From positions 59,398 through 123,397 of the forward strand of contig JAYOYH010000008.1 of NCBI GenBank assembly GCA_038153405.1: a DNA stretch of 64,000 nt. The letters are read 5' to 3'. Numbering within the stretch: position 1 is the stretch's first letter; each line of letters begins with the position of its first letter. Shown here piece by piece: positions 56,113 to 64,000 of the stretch. The DNA is from Gemmatimonadota bacterium (GTDB lineage: Bacteria; Latescibacterota; UBA2968; UBA8231). Under the pieces are notes generated by a model that had not been told where the DNA came from, searched no databases, and was given only the letters and a program-made list of their open reading frames with translations. The translations under genes and the position numbers were made by a program.

Positions 56113-57778
56113 GTGCCGCGCTGATACTGGCTTGAAGAGATCAGCGCGGGTATCGCGGCTCGCCGTCCTCTGTTTCTGCTGCCTATTTCTCCACACAGCC
56201 TGGGAAAAGTCACCGACCTGGGATGAGGTCGGCTATATAGGGCTGGGCGCCTATCTGCTCAAAACCGGCCAATGGGATGTCCCCGCCTCCGGCTCGCATC
56301 CCCCCCTCGCCTTCTACATCAACAGCCTGCCGTCTTTTCTCTATCCGCTCGACTGGGCGCTCTGGCACTATTCCAACAGCGAGCGCGACGTGCGCTTTCT
56401 GCGCATGGCCGACACAGGGCGCGGCAACGCGCTGCTGCTCGACCAGCGCTACGACGGCGAGGTCTTCTTTTTCTTGACGCGCGCAACTTCGCTCTTTTTT
56501 GCCTGCGTCCTATTTGCCGTCTTGCTGTGCTGGAGCAGGGAGATACTGCCCTATCCGCGCAATATACTACCGGCTTTTCTCTGCGCTCTATCCCCCAATA
56601 TCCTAGCCCATGCCCCCCTCATCAACACCGACTTTGCCCTGACGACCACGTTTATCTGCGCGGTCTTTGCCCTGCGCGCCCTGCTGTACGGGCCGTCGAT
56701 GGGCCGGTTTTTAGCCTGTGGCCTGGCCCTCGGCCTGGCCCTGCTAAGTAAGCTATCGGCCCTCGTACTGCTGCCGATCTTTGCCCTTTTAATCGCCCAT
56801 TTCTATCTCTTTGCCAGCGACCAGCAGCGCGAGGCCGTAGACCACTTCCTCTCACCGCTGCCCTTGCGTCAGCTGCCGATTCGCCTAGCGCTGTGCTTTG
56901 GCGCTCAGTGCGCGCTGGCCGCCTTTGTGCTATGGATTGGCTATGGCTTTCAGATTCTGCCGTACTGGCAAATGGTGCAGTCGCAACTCTGGGATTTACA
57001 AACGGGCCACTCGGCCTATCTAATGGGCGAATTCTCCACGCGCGGATGGTGGCACTACTTCCCGATCGCCCTGTTGATCAAAACTCCTATTGTCACGCTG
57101 CTGCTCGTCGCCGCAGGCCTATTTCCCCTGCTGTTTCGCCGCAGCCTGCGCCTCGAAATGGGTTTCCTACTCATCGCACCGCTGATACTGTTGGCCGGCT
57201 TTGTGCTGGGCAACAGCAAAAACATTGGCCTGCGCTATATCCTGCCCATCTACCCCTTTATGTTTTTGGTTTCCGCATACGCCGAGTTTCCACTGCGCTC
57301 CAGAGTGCGCCCGTGGATTGCAGCGGCGCTGTGCGGCTGGTATGCCTTTTCCTCGCTCTCTACGCACCCACACCACCTGGCCTATTTTAACGAAGCCGTC
57401 GGCGGGCCTGCCAACGGTTACCGCTATATGGTCGACTCAAACCTCGACTGGGGACAGGATTTAAAAGGCCTCAAGCGCTATATGGACGAGCGCGGTATCG
57501 ACTCGATAAAGCTGAGCTATTTTGGCACAGTAGACCCGCGCCTCTACGATCTGCGCTACGAGTGGCTGCCCAGTTTTGTCCTGCCCAACCCAGATGCTCA
57601 GCGACAGGTCGTCTTTCCAACCGATGGACTCATTGCCATTAGTGCGACCAACTTAGTGGGCGTATATATGGATCAGTACGGCCACGGCAAGCACCTTTTC
57701 TCTTGGCTTGACCAGCACCAGCCCATCGCACACATCGGCCACTCCATTCTCATCTACGACATACCGCCCCAGTACTAG
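56102..57778 (+). CDS. GT-C fold glycosyltransferase (family 39 / ArnT-PMT-like)
   Basis: 'SPTWDE', HPPL, SPNILAHA, LALLSKLS, GWWHYFP, IGLRYILP, LAYFNE, DSNLDWGQD. Confidence 0.85.
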   Translation: MKHECRADTGLKRSARVSRLAVLCFCCLFLHTAWEKSPTWDEVGYIGLGAYLLKTGQWDVPASGSHPPLAFYINSLPSFLYPLDWALWHYSNSERDVRFLRMADTGRGNALLLDQRYDGEVFFFLTRATSLFFACVLFAVLLCWSREILPYPRNILPAFLCALSPNILAHAPLINTDFALTTTFICAVFALRALLYGPSMGRFLACGLALGLALLSKLSALVLLPIFALLIAHFYLFASDQQREAVDHFLSPLPLRQLPIRLALCFGAQCALAAFVLWIGYGFQILPYWQMVQSQLWDLQTGHSAYLMGEFSTRGWWHYFPIALLIKTPIVTLLLVAAGLFPLLFRRSLRLEMGFLLIAPLILLAGFVLGNSKNIGLRYILPIYPFMFLVSAYAEFPLRSRVRPWIAAALCGWYAFSSLSTHPHHLAYFNEAVGGPANGYRYMVDSNLDWGQDLKGLKRYMDERGIDSIKLSYFGTVDPRLYDLRYEWLPSFVLPNPDAQRQVVFPTDGLIAISATNLVGVYMDQYGHGKHLFSWLDQHQPIAHIGHSILIYDIPPQY

Positions 57779-57881
57779 CAGCGTCGGCACTGCCTTCATA
57801 AGGCTTATTGGGCGAAGATTGTCTTATGGCAAACGGCCCATCTTTGGTATATTCCTCCAATGAGGAGACCTGCGACCCAAT

Positions 57882-60119
57882 ATGGCCAATAAACTTCACC
57901 CCACCGAGCCACCCAGCGCGCAATTCGAACGCGCCCTGCCTGCGGTAGCCAGCGACCTGGACGCCGTCTTAGAACAGGCCAAGGATCAGCTACAGCTGCA
58001 GATGCTGCTCATTGAAGTGGCCTCGTGTGACGATGGTGCCGACTTCGCCCTTATTGCGCGCGCCTACGATTTTGCGCGCCTGCGCCACGAAGGCCAACAC
58101 CGCAAATCCGGCCATCCCTTTCTACACCACTGCGTAGAGGTCGCGCGCCTGCTGGCCCAGTTGCGCATGGACGACACCACCGTAGCCGCCGGTTTGCTGC
58201 ACGACGTCATCGAAGATACGCCGGCGACCTATCGGGAAGTGGCCGATCTGTTTGGTGCCACAATCGCCGACCTCATCGACGGCGTCACCAAGATCGACCG
58301 CTTTACCTACGAGAGCCGCGAAACGCGTCAGGCAGAGACCTATCGCAAAATGCTCTTATCGGTCGTCAAAGACATTCGCGTTATTCTCATCAAACTGGTT
58401 GACCGCCTGCACAATATGCGCACCCTCGAGTACATCGGCGCCGATGCGCAGGAACGCATTGCCCGCGAAACCCTCGAAGTGTACGCACCTCTGGCCCACC
58501 GCTTTGGCTTGGCGCGCATTCGCTGGGAGCTAGAAGATTGCAGCCTGAAGTTTCTCCATCCTGAGGTGTACGCAGAACTGCGCGAAAAAGTGGCGATGAA
58601 GCGCCGCGAACGCGAAGACTATATCGAGGAATTTAAAGCGCCGATCGACGCGGAACTGCGCAAGAGCCACATCGAAGCCGAGATCGGCGGACGCCCAAAA
58701 AATTTCTATAGCATATACAATAAGATGAAGGCGCGGGAAAAACCGTTTGAGGAGATTTACGATCTGCTCGCCGTGCGCATCATCGTCAACAGCATGCGCG
58801 AATGCTACCACACACTAGGACTAGTGCACGGCATTTATCGACCCGTTCCCGAGCGCATAAAAGACTACATATCGATGCCGAAGAGCAATATGTATCAGTC
58901 CCTGCACACTTCGGTAATCGGCCCGCGTGGCCTGCCGGTCGAAGTGCAAATCCGCACGCGGGAAATGCACCATACAGCCGAGATCGGCATCGCCGCACAC
59001 TGGCGCTATAAATCGGGAGACAGCGCGCCCAACGACCTCGACCAGCACATTAGCTGGCTGCGGCGGATCGTCGATATACAGCACGACGAAGCCGATCCGG
59101 AAGAGTTCCTAGAAAACCTAAAAATCGAGCTTTTTCAAGACGAGGTCTTCGTCTTCACACCCAAGGGCGACCTCCATCAATTTCCCAAGGGCGCGACGCC
59201 GATTGACTTTGCTTTTAACATACACACCGATATAGGTCTACATTGCCTAACGGCCAAGGTCAACGGACAGGTCGTGCCGCTGAGTACCCCACTCACTAGC
59301 GGAGATACGGTGGAGATCGTCACCTCGTCGCACCAATCCCCCAACCGCTCGTGGCTCACCGCAGTGCAGACGGTCAAAGCGCGACAGGCCATTCGCCGCT
59401 GGTTAAAAGAGGAGCAGCATGCCCACAGCGTGCGCCTGGGCCAGGAAATGCTCGACCGCGAGCTCAAACGCTATCCCAATGTGGAACTCAAAGATGATTT
59501 GACCACACTAGCCAGCGAGTTCGGCCTAACGAACAGCGAAAACCTCTACGCAGCGCTCGGCAGCGGCGATATATCGATGGGCCGCATCATTGGCCGCCTA
59601 ATCCCCCAGCGCCCCAAGCCGAGCAGAGCCCGTCGCAAAGATCGGCGCGGCATTCGCATTCAGGGCATGGACGATCTGATGATCGGCTTTGGCAAGTGCT
59701 GCACGCCGATTCCCGGCGACTCGATTATTGGCCTTATCACGCGCGGTCGCGGCGTGACCGTACATCGCACGGACTGCCCCAACATAGGCCACATCAGCGA
59801 AGAGCCCGATCGCTTGTTAAACGTCAATTGGGACATGGATAGCGAGCAATCATTCACCGTGAAACTGCGCGTGCGCAGCTACGACCGAAAGTTTCTCCTA
59901 TCCGACATCAGCAAAGCACTCGGCGACAGCGGCTGCAATATTCAGTCGGCGACGACCCGGACCGTCGGCGAAATAGCCGAACAAGACTTCTGGGTCGATG
60001 TAGTCAATATTGCCCAGTTACAGCGAGCAATGGACAAGGCCAATGCCATCGATGGGGTGCTCGAAGTGCAGCGCATCGACGAAAAGGCCAGCGAAGAGAT
60101 GCGCGCGATGGGAGCATAG
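57882..60119 (+). CDS. rel: Bifunctional (p)ppGpp synthetase/hydrolase (RelA/SpoT)
   Basis: HD motif LLHDVIEDT; RIKDY, YQSLHT, EVQIRT, AAHWRYK; TGS and ACT domains. Confidence 0.95.
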   Translation: MANKLHPTEPPSAQFERALPAVASDLDAVLEQAKDQLQLQMLLIEVASCDDGADFALIARAYDFARLRHEGQHRKSGHPFLHHCVEVARLLAQLRMDDTTVAAGLLHDVIEDTPATYREVADLFGATIADLIDGVTKIDRFTYESRETRQAETYRKMLLSVVKDIRVILIKLVDRLHNMRTLEYIGADAQERIARETLEVYAPLAHRFGLARIRWELEDCSLKFLHPEVYAELREKVAMKRREREDYIEEFKAPIDAELRKSHIEAEIGGRPKNFYSIYNKMKAREKPFEEIYDLLAVRIIVNSMRECYHTLGLVHGIYRPVPERIKDYISMPKSNMYQSLHTSVIGPRGLPVEVQIRTREMHHTAEIGIAAHWRYKSGDSAPNDLDQHISWLRRIVDIQHDEADPEEFLENLKIELFQDEVFVFTPKGDLHQFPKGATPIDFAFNIHTDIGLHCLTAKVNGQVVPLSTPLTSGDTVEIVTSSHQSPNRSWLTAVQTVKARQAIRRWLKEEQHAHSVRLGQEMLDRELKRYPNVELKDDLTTLASEFGLTNSENLYAALGSGDISMGRIIGRLIPQRPKPSRARRKDRRGIRIQGMDDLMIGFGKCCTPIPGDSIIGLITRGRGVTVHRTDCPNIGHISEEPDRLLNVNWDMDSEQSFTVKLRVRSYDRKFLLSDISKALGDSGCNIQSATTRTVGEIAEQDFWVDVVNIAQLQRAMDKANAIDGVLEVQRIDEKASEEMRAMGA

Positions 60120-60124
60120 AGCAC

Positions 60125-60403
60125 TTATTGCAGCGTGCTCTGTAACTTGTCCATAATGGCGCGCTCCTCCGTATTGCGCACTTCCCTACCCAAGCTTCCA
60201 GCCATCTGATCTTCGGCCCATCCCCACAGAATTTTCAGCTGAATTCGGCTCAGTTCAAGGGGCTGGTCGCCGTCCAGTGCGCGCTGCAGTTTGGCGACCA
60301 AGCGCATTTCATCCGGCCAAAAAACTTCTTCTTTCCAAGAGAGTATATAGGTAATTTCGCGCTTGGTGAATGGTAGGATCACGGCCCTTACCTCCGTTGA
60401 CAT
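60125..60403 (-). CDS. Hypothetical protein with internal duplication
   Basis: 92-aa ORF in an otherwise empty gap; two similar halves. Confidence 0.65.
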   Translation of the reverse strand: MSTEVRAVILPFTKREITYILSWKEEVFWPDEMRLVAKLQRALDGDQPLELSRIQLKILWGWAEDQMAGSLGREVRNTEERAIMDKLQSTLQ

Positions 60404-60506
60404 AACGCGCGGCGTAGCGTTAAATTTCGTCCTCGCTCAAGTGCAAGAAACAACGAACCCTCGCGGACGCGCGCCGTGATGGAACACACCCAACGGATGC
60501 GCTACC

Positions 60507-61565
60507 ATGTCGACAAACGGCCCACTGTTCCGCCCCAATATCGCACGCATGAAAGGCTACGTTCCCGGCGAACAGCCGCAGTCGGGCGGGTTCATAAAAC
60601 TAAATACAAACGAAAACCCCTATCCCCCCTCGGCGGCCCTGCTCGAGAAGCTGCGCCAGGCCTGCACAGACGACCTGCGGCTCTATCCAGATCCAAGTGC
60701 TACGGCGCTGCGCGCCCTGCTATCGCACACTTTTGGCCCATCGCCAGACTGCTTTATCGTCGGAAACGGCTCCGACGAATTGCTGACCATCATCATTCGC
60801 AGCTTCGCCGGCGAAGGCGATTCCATTGCCTACGCCTACCCGACCTATGGATACTATCAGCCGCTTATAGACGTGCAGGGCGCGCGGGCGGTAGTCGTCG
60901 ACTATCCGGAAGACTTCTCTCTGCCTCCCGCACTGGCAGAGACGGGAGCGAACCTCACCTTTGTGGTCAATCCCAACGCCCCTTCCGGCACCCTAGTGCC
61001 GGTCGAACACATCGCCGATTTAGCCGGACGTCTGCAGGGCGTGCTCGTCGTCGACGAAGCGTATGTAGATTTTTCCCAGGGCGGCTGTATCGACTTGGTC
61101 GGCGATCGCGCCAATGTAATTGTCGTCCGCACCATGTCCAAGTCCTTTTCCCTAGCTGGGATGCGCATTGGCTTTGCCTGCGCCTCGCCCGAAATCGTCG
61201 CCGGCATGTGGAAGGTAAAGGAACACTATAACCTGAATCGCCTGAGCCTGGTAGCTGCCCAAGCCGCACTTGAAGATATTGAGACGATGCGCCACCATGC
61301 AGCGCGCATTTGCGCCACGCGCGCGCGCCTGACGGAGCAACTGCGCGCACTCGGATTTTTTGTCTGGGATTCAGCTGCCAATTTCGTACTCGTGCGCTGC
61401 GCGACAAAACCGGCCGTCGAATTGTACGACGCCCTCAAGGATCGGCGCATCTTGGTGCGCTATTTCGATCAAAAGCGACTCGAGGATTGTTTGCGCATTA
61501 GCATTGGCACCGACGATGAAACAGACGCACTCGTCGCATCCCTGCGCGAAATCCTCGCAGCCTAA
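60507..61565 (+). CDS. hisC: Histidinol-phosphate aminotransferase
   Basis: KLNTNENPY, GNGSDE, NPNAPSG, VDEAYVDF, RTMSKSFSLAGMRIG. Confidence 0.95.
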   Translation: MSTNGPLFRPNIARMKGYVPGEQPQSGGFIKLNTNENPYPPSAALLEKLRQACTDDLRLYPDPSATALRALLSHTFGPSPDCFIVGNGSDELLTIIIRSFAGEGDSIAYAYPTYGYYQPLIDVQGARAVVVDYPEDFSLPPALAETGANLTFVVNPNAPSGTLVPVEHIADLAGRLQGVLVVDEAYVDFSQGGCIDLVGDRANVIVVRTMSKSFSLAGMRIGFACASPEIVAGMWKVKEHYNLNRLSLVAAQAALEDIETMRHHAARICATRARLTEQLRALGFFVWDSAANFVLVRCATKPAVELYDALKDRRILVRYFDQKRLEDCLRISIGTDDETDALVASLREILAA

Positions 61566-61570
61566 GGGCG

Positions 61571-61966
61571 TTAGCTTCGGCGCCGCAGGTGCATCATGCG
61601 CCCCATCAGTTCGACCTCGGCAACGCCCAACCCTAACTCCCTAGCCACCGCCGCAGGCGACGCCCCCTCGTCCAGTTTGCTCCAAGCGCGGCGATAGACG
61701 TCATCCGCCTCGTTGCGCGCGGCCGTATCGATTGCCGGCGCTCCGTCTGCGTGCCGACGACTCATAGCCTCTATTTCCTGGCAAAGGGAGTCCATGTGTT
61801 CGCTCGTTCGCTGCAGGCGCGCCTGCTGGGATTCCAGTGCATCCAAGCGCTGCTGTAGTTCGCACCGCTCGCGCTTGACCCAAGCGCGAAACGACAAGCC
61901 CATGCCGGCTACCGCGCACAGCAGCAGTGCGTCAATCAGCGCAATGTGCCACAGTTCGCTATCCAC
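61571..61966 (-). CDS. DUF2802/DUF6115-like TM-coiled-coil-HTH protein
   Basis: GTG 61966 with RBS; TM, coiled coil, 'GASPAAVARELGLGVAEVELM'. Confidence 0.65.
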   Translation of the reverse strand: MDSELWHIALIDALLLCAVAGMGLSFRAWVKRERCELQQRLDALESQQARLQRTSEHMDSLCQEIEAMSRRHADGAPAIDTAARNEADDVYRRAWSKLDEGASPAAVARELGLGVAEVELMGRMMHLRRRS

Positions 61967-63419
61967 TCCAACTTCCTTGCCAACGGGGAAAGCGCAGAGT
62001 AAAACGGGCGCCGTGATCGCATGTGCTATCCACCTCGATGGAGCCGCCGTGACGCTCGACGATGCCATAGCTAACCGATAGACCTAACCCCGTTCCGCCC
62101 TCGTGCGGCCGCGTGGTGAAAAACGGGTCAAAGATGTGTTCGAGAACCTCTTCCGTCATGCCCACGCCAGTATCGGCAAAGCACACCTCAATCTTCTCAT
62201 CTATCTGGCGAGCCGAAATCTGCAGCTGTCCACCGTTGGGCATAGCCTTTTTCGCATTGACGATCAGATTGATAAAAACCTGCTCTAACTCACCCATATT
62301 GCCGCCAATGGGCGACAACTCAGCCGCGCACGACAGGGCCGCGTGGACCCCGGCCTCGTCGAGCTGAGGCTGCACCAATTCGAGCGTCTGCCGCAACCCC
62401 TGCTCCACATCGCACGGACCCCATTCGCGCTCGTCGGCAACGTGGCCGGCAAAGCCGAGCAAGCCGCGAATGATCTTGGCGATGCGCCGCACATTGTGTT
62501 CGACCAACCCCAACCCCTCTACAACTTGCGGCATGGCTCCGTGCTGCATGCGCATGAGCTGCACGCGGCTCAGGATTATTTGCAGCGGATTGTTTACTTC
62601 GTGGGCCACACCGCCGGCCAAGCGACCGACGACCGCCATCTTCTCGGCCAAGAGCAACTGCTGCTGCGACGCTCTGAGCTGATCCCTGCTCTCTTCGAGC
62701 TGGCTGTAGAGGCGCGCATTTTCAAGCGCAATCGCCGTCTGGTTAGCCAGCACGCTGAGCAACTCCATCTCGCCAGCAGTAAACTCGTCCTTGGCGCGTC
62801 GGCAGTAGAGCGCATATAGACCAATGCACCGGCCGCGCACCTGCAGCGGAGTCAACACAGTGCAGCAAGCCTGGCCTGCGCCGCTATCCACCGTGCCCAT
62901 ATCTTCGACGACGACGGGGCGCTGCTCGCGCATAACCCAATCGACAATGCCATCTTGCCAATGTGCGCGGGCGCTGTCCTCGGCGCGGCTATCGCCGCGC
63001 CGTGCCATTACTTCTAAACCCGCATCCGCCCCGAGTGAGAATACGCTGCAGCTCTCATACGGCATGCAGCGCGCGGAGAGATCCATCAGCGACTCGATTA
63101 TATCGGCGATGGCAAAACTGGTGCTAATTTTTTCGGTGAGTTCGTGCAGGTTGAGCAGTTCGTCCATCGAGGCGCGCAGCTCGGCGTAGCCTCGATGTTG
63201 GCTCCGCAGGCGATCCTGCAGCTGGCGCTTGTCCTCTTCTAGTCCACGGCAGCGCGCCGCGCTTTCCTTGAGCGATTCGGCAAGCGCGTCGATGTGGAAG
63301 CCAATTTCCCACGCCAGTTCGTCGCCGGGCCGCTCTTTGAGCTGATCGAGCAACTGGCGCGCGCGCGCGGCCAGTTCGGCCGCTGCAACAGCGGGCACGG
63401 CAGGTTCGCCGTCGCCCAT
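61959..63419 (-). CDS. Cytoplasmic GAF-domain sensor histidine kinase
   Basis: GAF ending 'AIALENARLY'; H-box AHEVNNPL; N, G1, F, G2 boxes (NLIVNA, DTGVG, FDPFFTT, GTGLGL). Confidence 0.93.
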   Translation of the reverse strand: MGDGEPAVPAVAAAELAARARQLLDQLKERPGDELAWEIGFHIDALAESLKESAARCRGLEEDKRQLQDRLRSQHRGYAELRASMDELLNLHELTEKISTSFAIADIIESLMDLSARCMPYESCSVFSLGADAGLEVMARRGDSRAEDSARAHWQDGIVDWVMREQRPVVVEDMGTVDSGAGQACCTVLTPLQVRGRCIGLYALYCRRAKDEFTAGEMELLSVLANQTAIALENARLYSQLEESRDQLRASQQQLLLAEKMAVVGRLAGGVAHEVNNPLQIILSRVQLMRMQHGAMPQVVEGLGLVEHNVRRIAKIIRGLLGFAGHVADEREWGPCDVEQGLRQTLELVQPQLDEAGVHAALSCAAELSPIGGNMGELEQVFINLIVNAKKAMPNGGQLQISARQIDEKIEVCFADTGVGMTEEVLEHIFDPFFTTRPHEGGTGLGLSVSYGIVERHGGSIEVDSTCDHGARFTLRFPRWQGSWSG

Positions 63420-63456
63420 TTCCTATACCCCCCTGCGACGGCCAAACGCCCGCCCG

Positions 63457-64000
63457 CTACGCGGCCACATCTTCCCCCTCTTCTTCTTTCTCTTCTTCTT
63501 TCTCTTCTCCGCGCGCAATTTGGGTAAATATATCGGCCTTAGCCATTTCTTCCTGTAGCAGCTCTCCGTAGGTGAATATGCGCCGTATCGCTGCTTTAGG
63601 CTCTTCGCGTATGCCAAATGCGCGCAGCGCGGCCGGATCCAAAGAGGGCAGCCGAGCGCCACCGCCGTCGCCGATTTTCTCTCGACGCGTCAGAAAATCG
63701 GCCAGGTGGATCAATGAGGCCAACTCCGATTCGCGCTCCATGCGCCCCGGGGCATGATGGTTGGAAATGGCGTCTACAAGCTTGGCTGGCAGATTCCACT
63801 TCTCGGCCAGCCACAGGCCAATTTCCGCATGCGTCACGCCGAGAACGCGCTCTTCGGCCTTGCCGATATAGAGGTCCTCATCGCGCGTAAGCGCGAGGAT
63901 TTCTTCGAACTCGTCGGTGAAATACTGGCTTAGAATAAGCTTGCCAATATCGTGGAGAATACCCGCGGCAAAGGCCTCGCCCTGCACGCGATAGCGCAGT
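63457..64000 (-). CDS. HDOD-domain protein, C-terminal part (runs off the window end)
   Basis: 'EAFAAGILHDIGKLIL...LGVTHAEIG.WLAEKWNLP...NHH'. Confidence 0.9.
   Translation of the reverse strand, partial: LRYRVQGEAFAAGILHDIGKLILSQYFTDEFEEILALTRDEDLYIGKAEERVLGVTHAEIGLWLAEKWNLPAKLVDAISNHHAPGRMERESELASLIHLADFLTRREKIGDGGGARLPSLDPAALRAFGIREEPKAAIRRIFTYGELLQEEMAKADIFTQIARGEEKEEEKEEEGEDVAA

Noticed and set aside
63470..63510. Purine/pyrimidine-rich low-complexity tract
   Set aside because: It simply encodes the acidic EEKEEEKEEEGED tail of the HDOD protein
1..64000. CRISPR array, rRNA, IS elements, prophage
   Set aside because: No regularly spaced repeats, rRNA-like segments, transposase, integrase or phage structural genes were recognised

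Overview
GC-rich, gene-dense bacterial chromosomal segment from a diderm organism (TolC, MlaC-like and lipoprotein genes, flagellin). The gene mix (Minf_1886-type protein, TPR/FG-GAP/ASPIC protein, RecD2, bifunctional Rel, LarC) suggests an FCB/PVC-associated lineage such as Ca. Latescibacterota; this is inference only. It holds about 52 CDSs and one tRNA-Gly(GCC). No CRISPR array, rRNA, integrase, transposase or reverse transcriptase was seen. Two blocks stand out. (1) 45.7-54.2 kb, minus strand: a tightly packed four-gene operon. It encodes a 1588-aa exported M28/nicalin-like domain with rewired metal ligands fused to a MacB/FtsX-type permease, an OPT-like membrane protein carrying an apparently circularly permuted FnIII/Ig-like insert, a tandem PsbP-like protein and a stand-alone PqqD/RRE-like protein. 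This is the best candidate for an uncharacterised system. (2) 0.66-9.5 kb: a seven-gene cluster for head-group activation, lipid synthesis and lipid trafficking (cytidylyltransferase, CDP-alcohol phosphotransferase, flippase-like protein, TolC, MlaC-DUF3047 fusion, MlaC, MMPL/RND). Other observations are paralogous TM-coiled-coil modules flanking PBP1A, an orphan flagellin with a sigma28-type promoter and CsrA-type leader, a dppAB/dppC split explicable by one inversion, and a DprE1/DprE2-like pair. All family calls come from motif recognition by eye; no searches were run.
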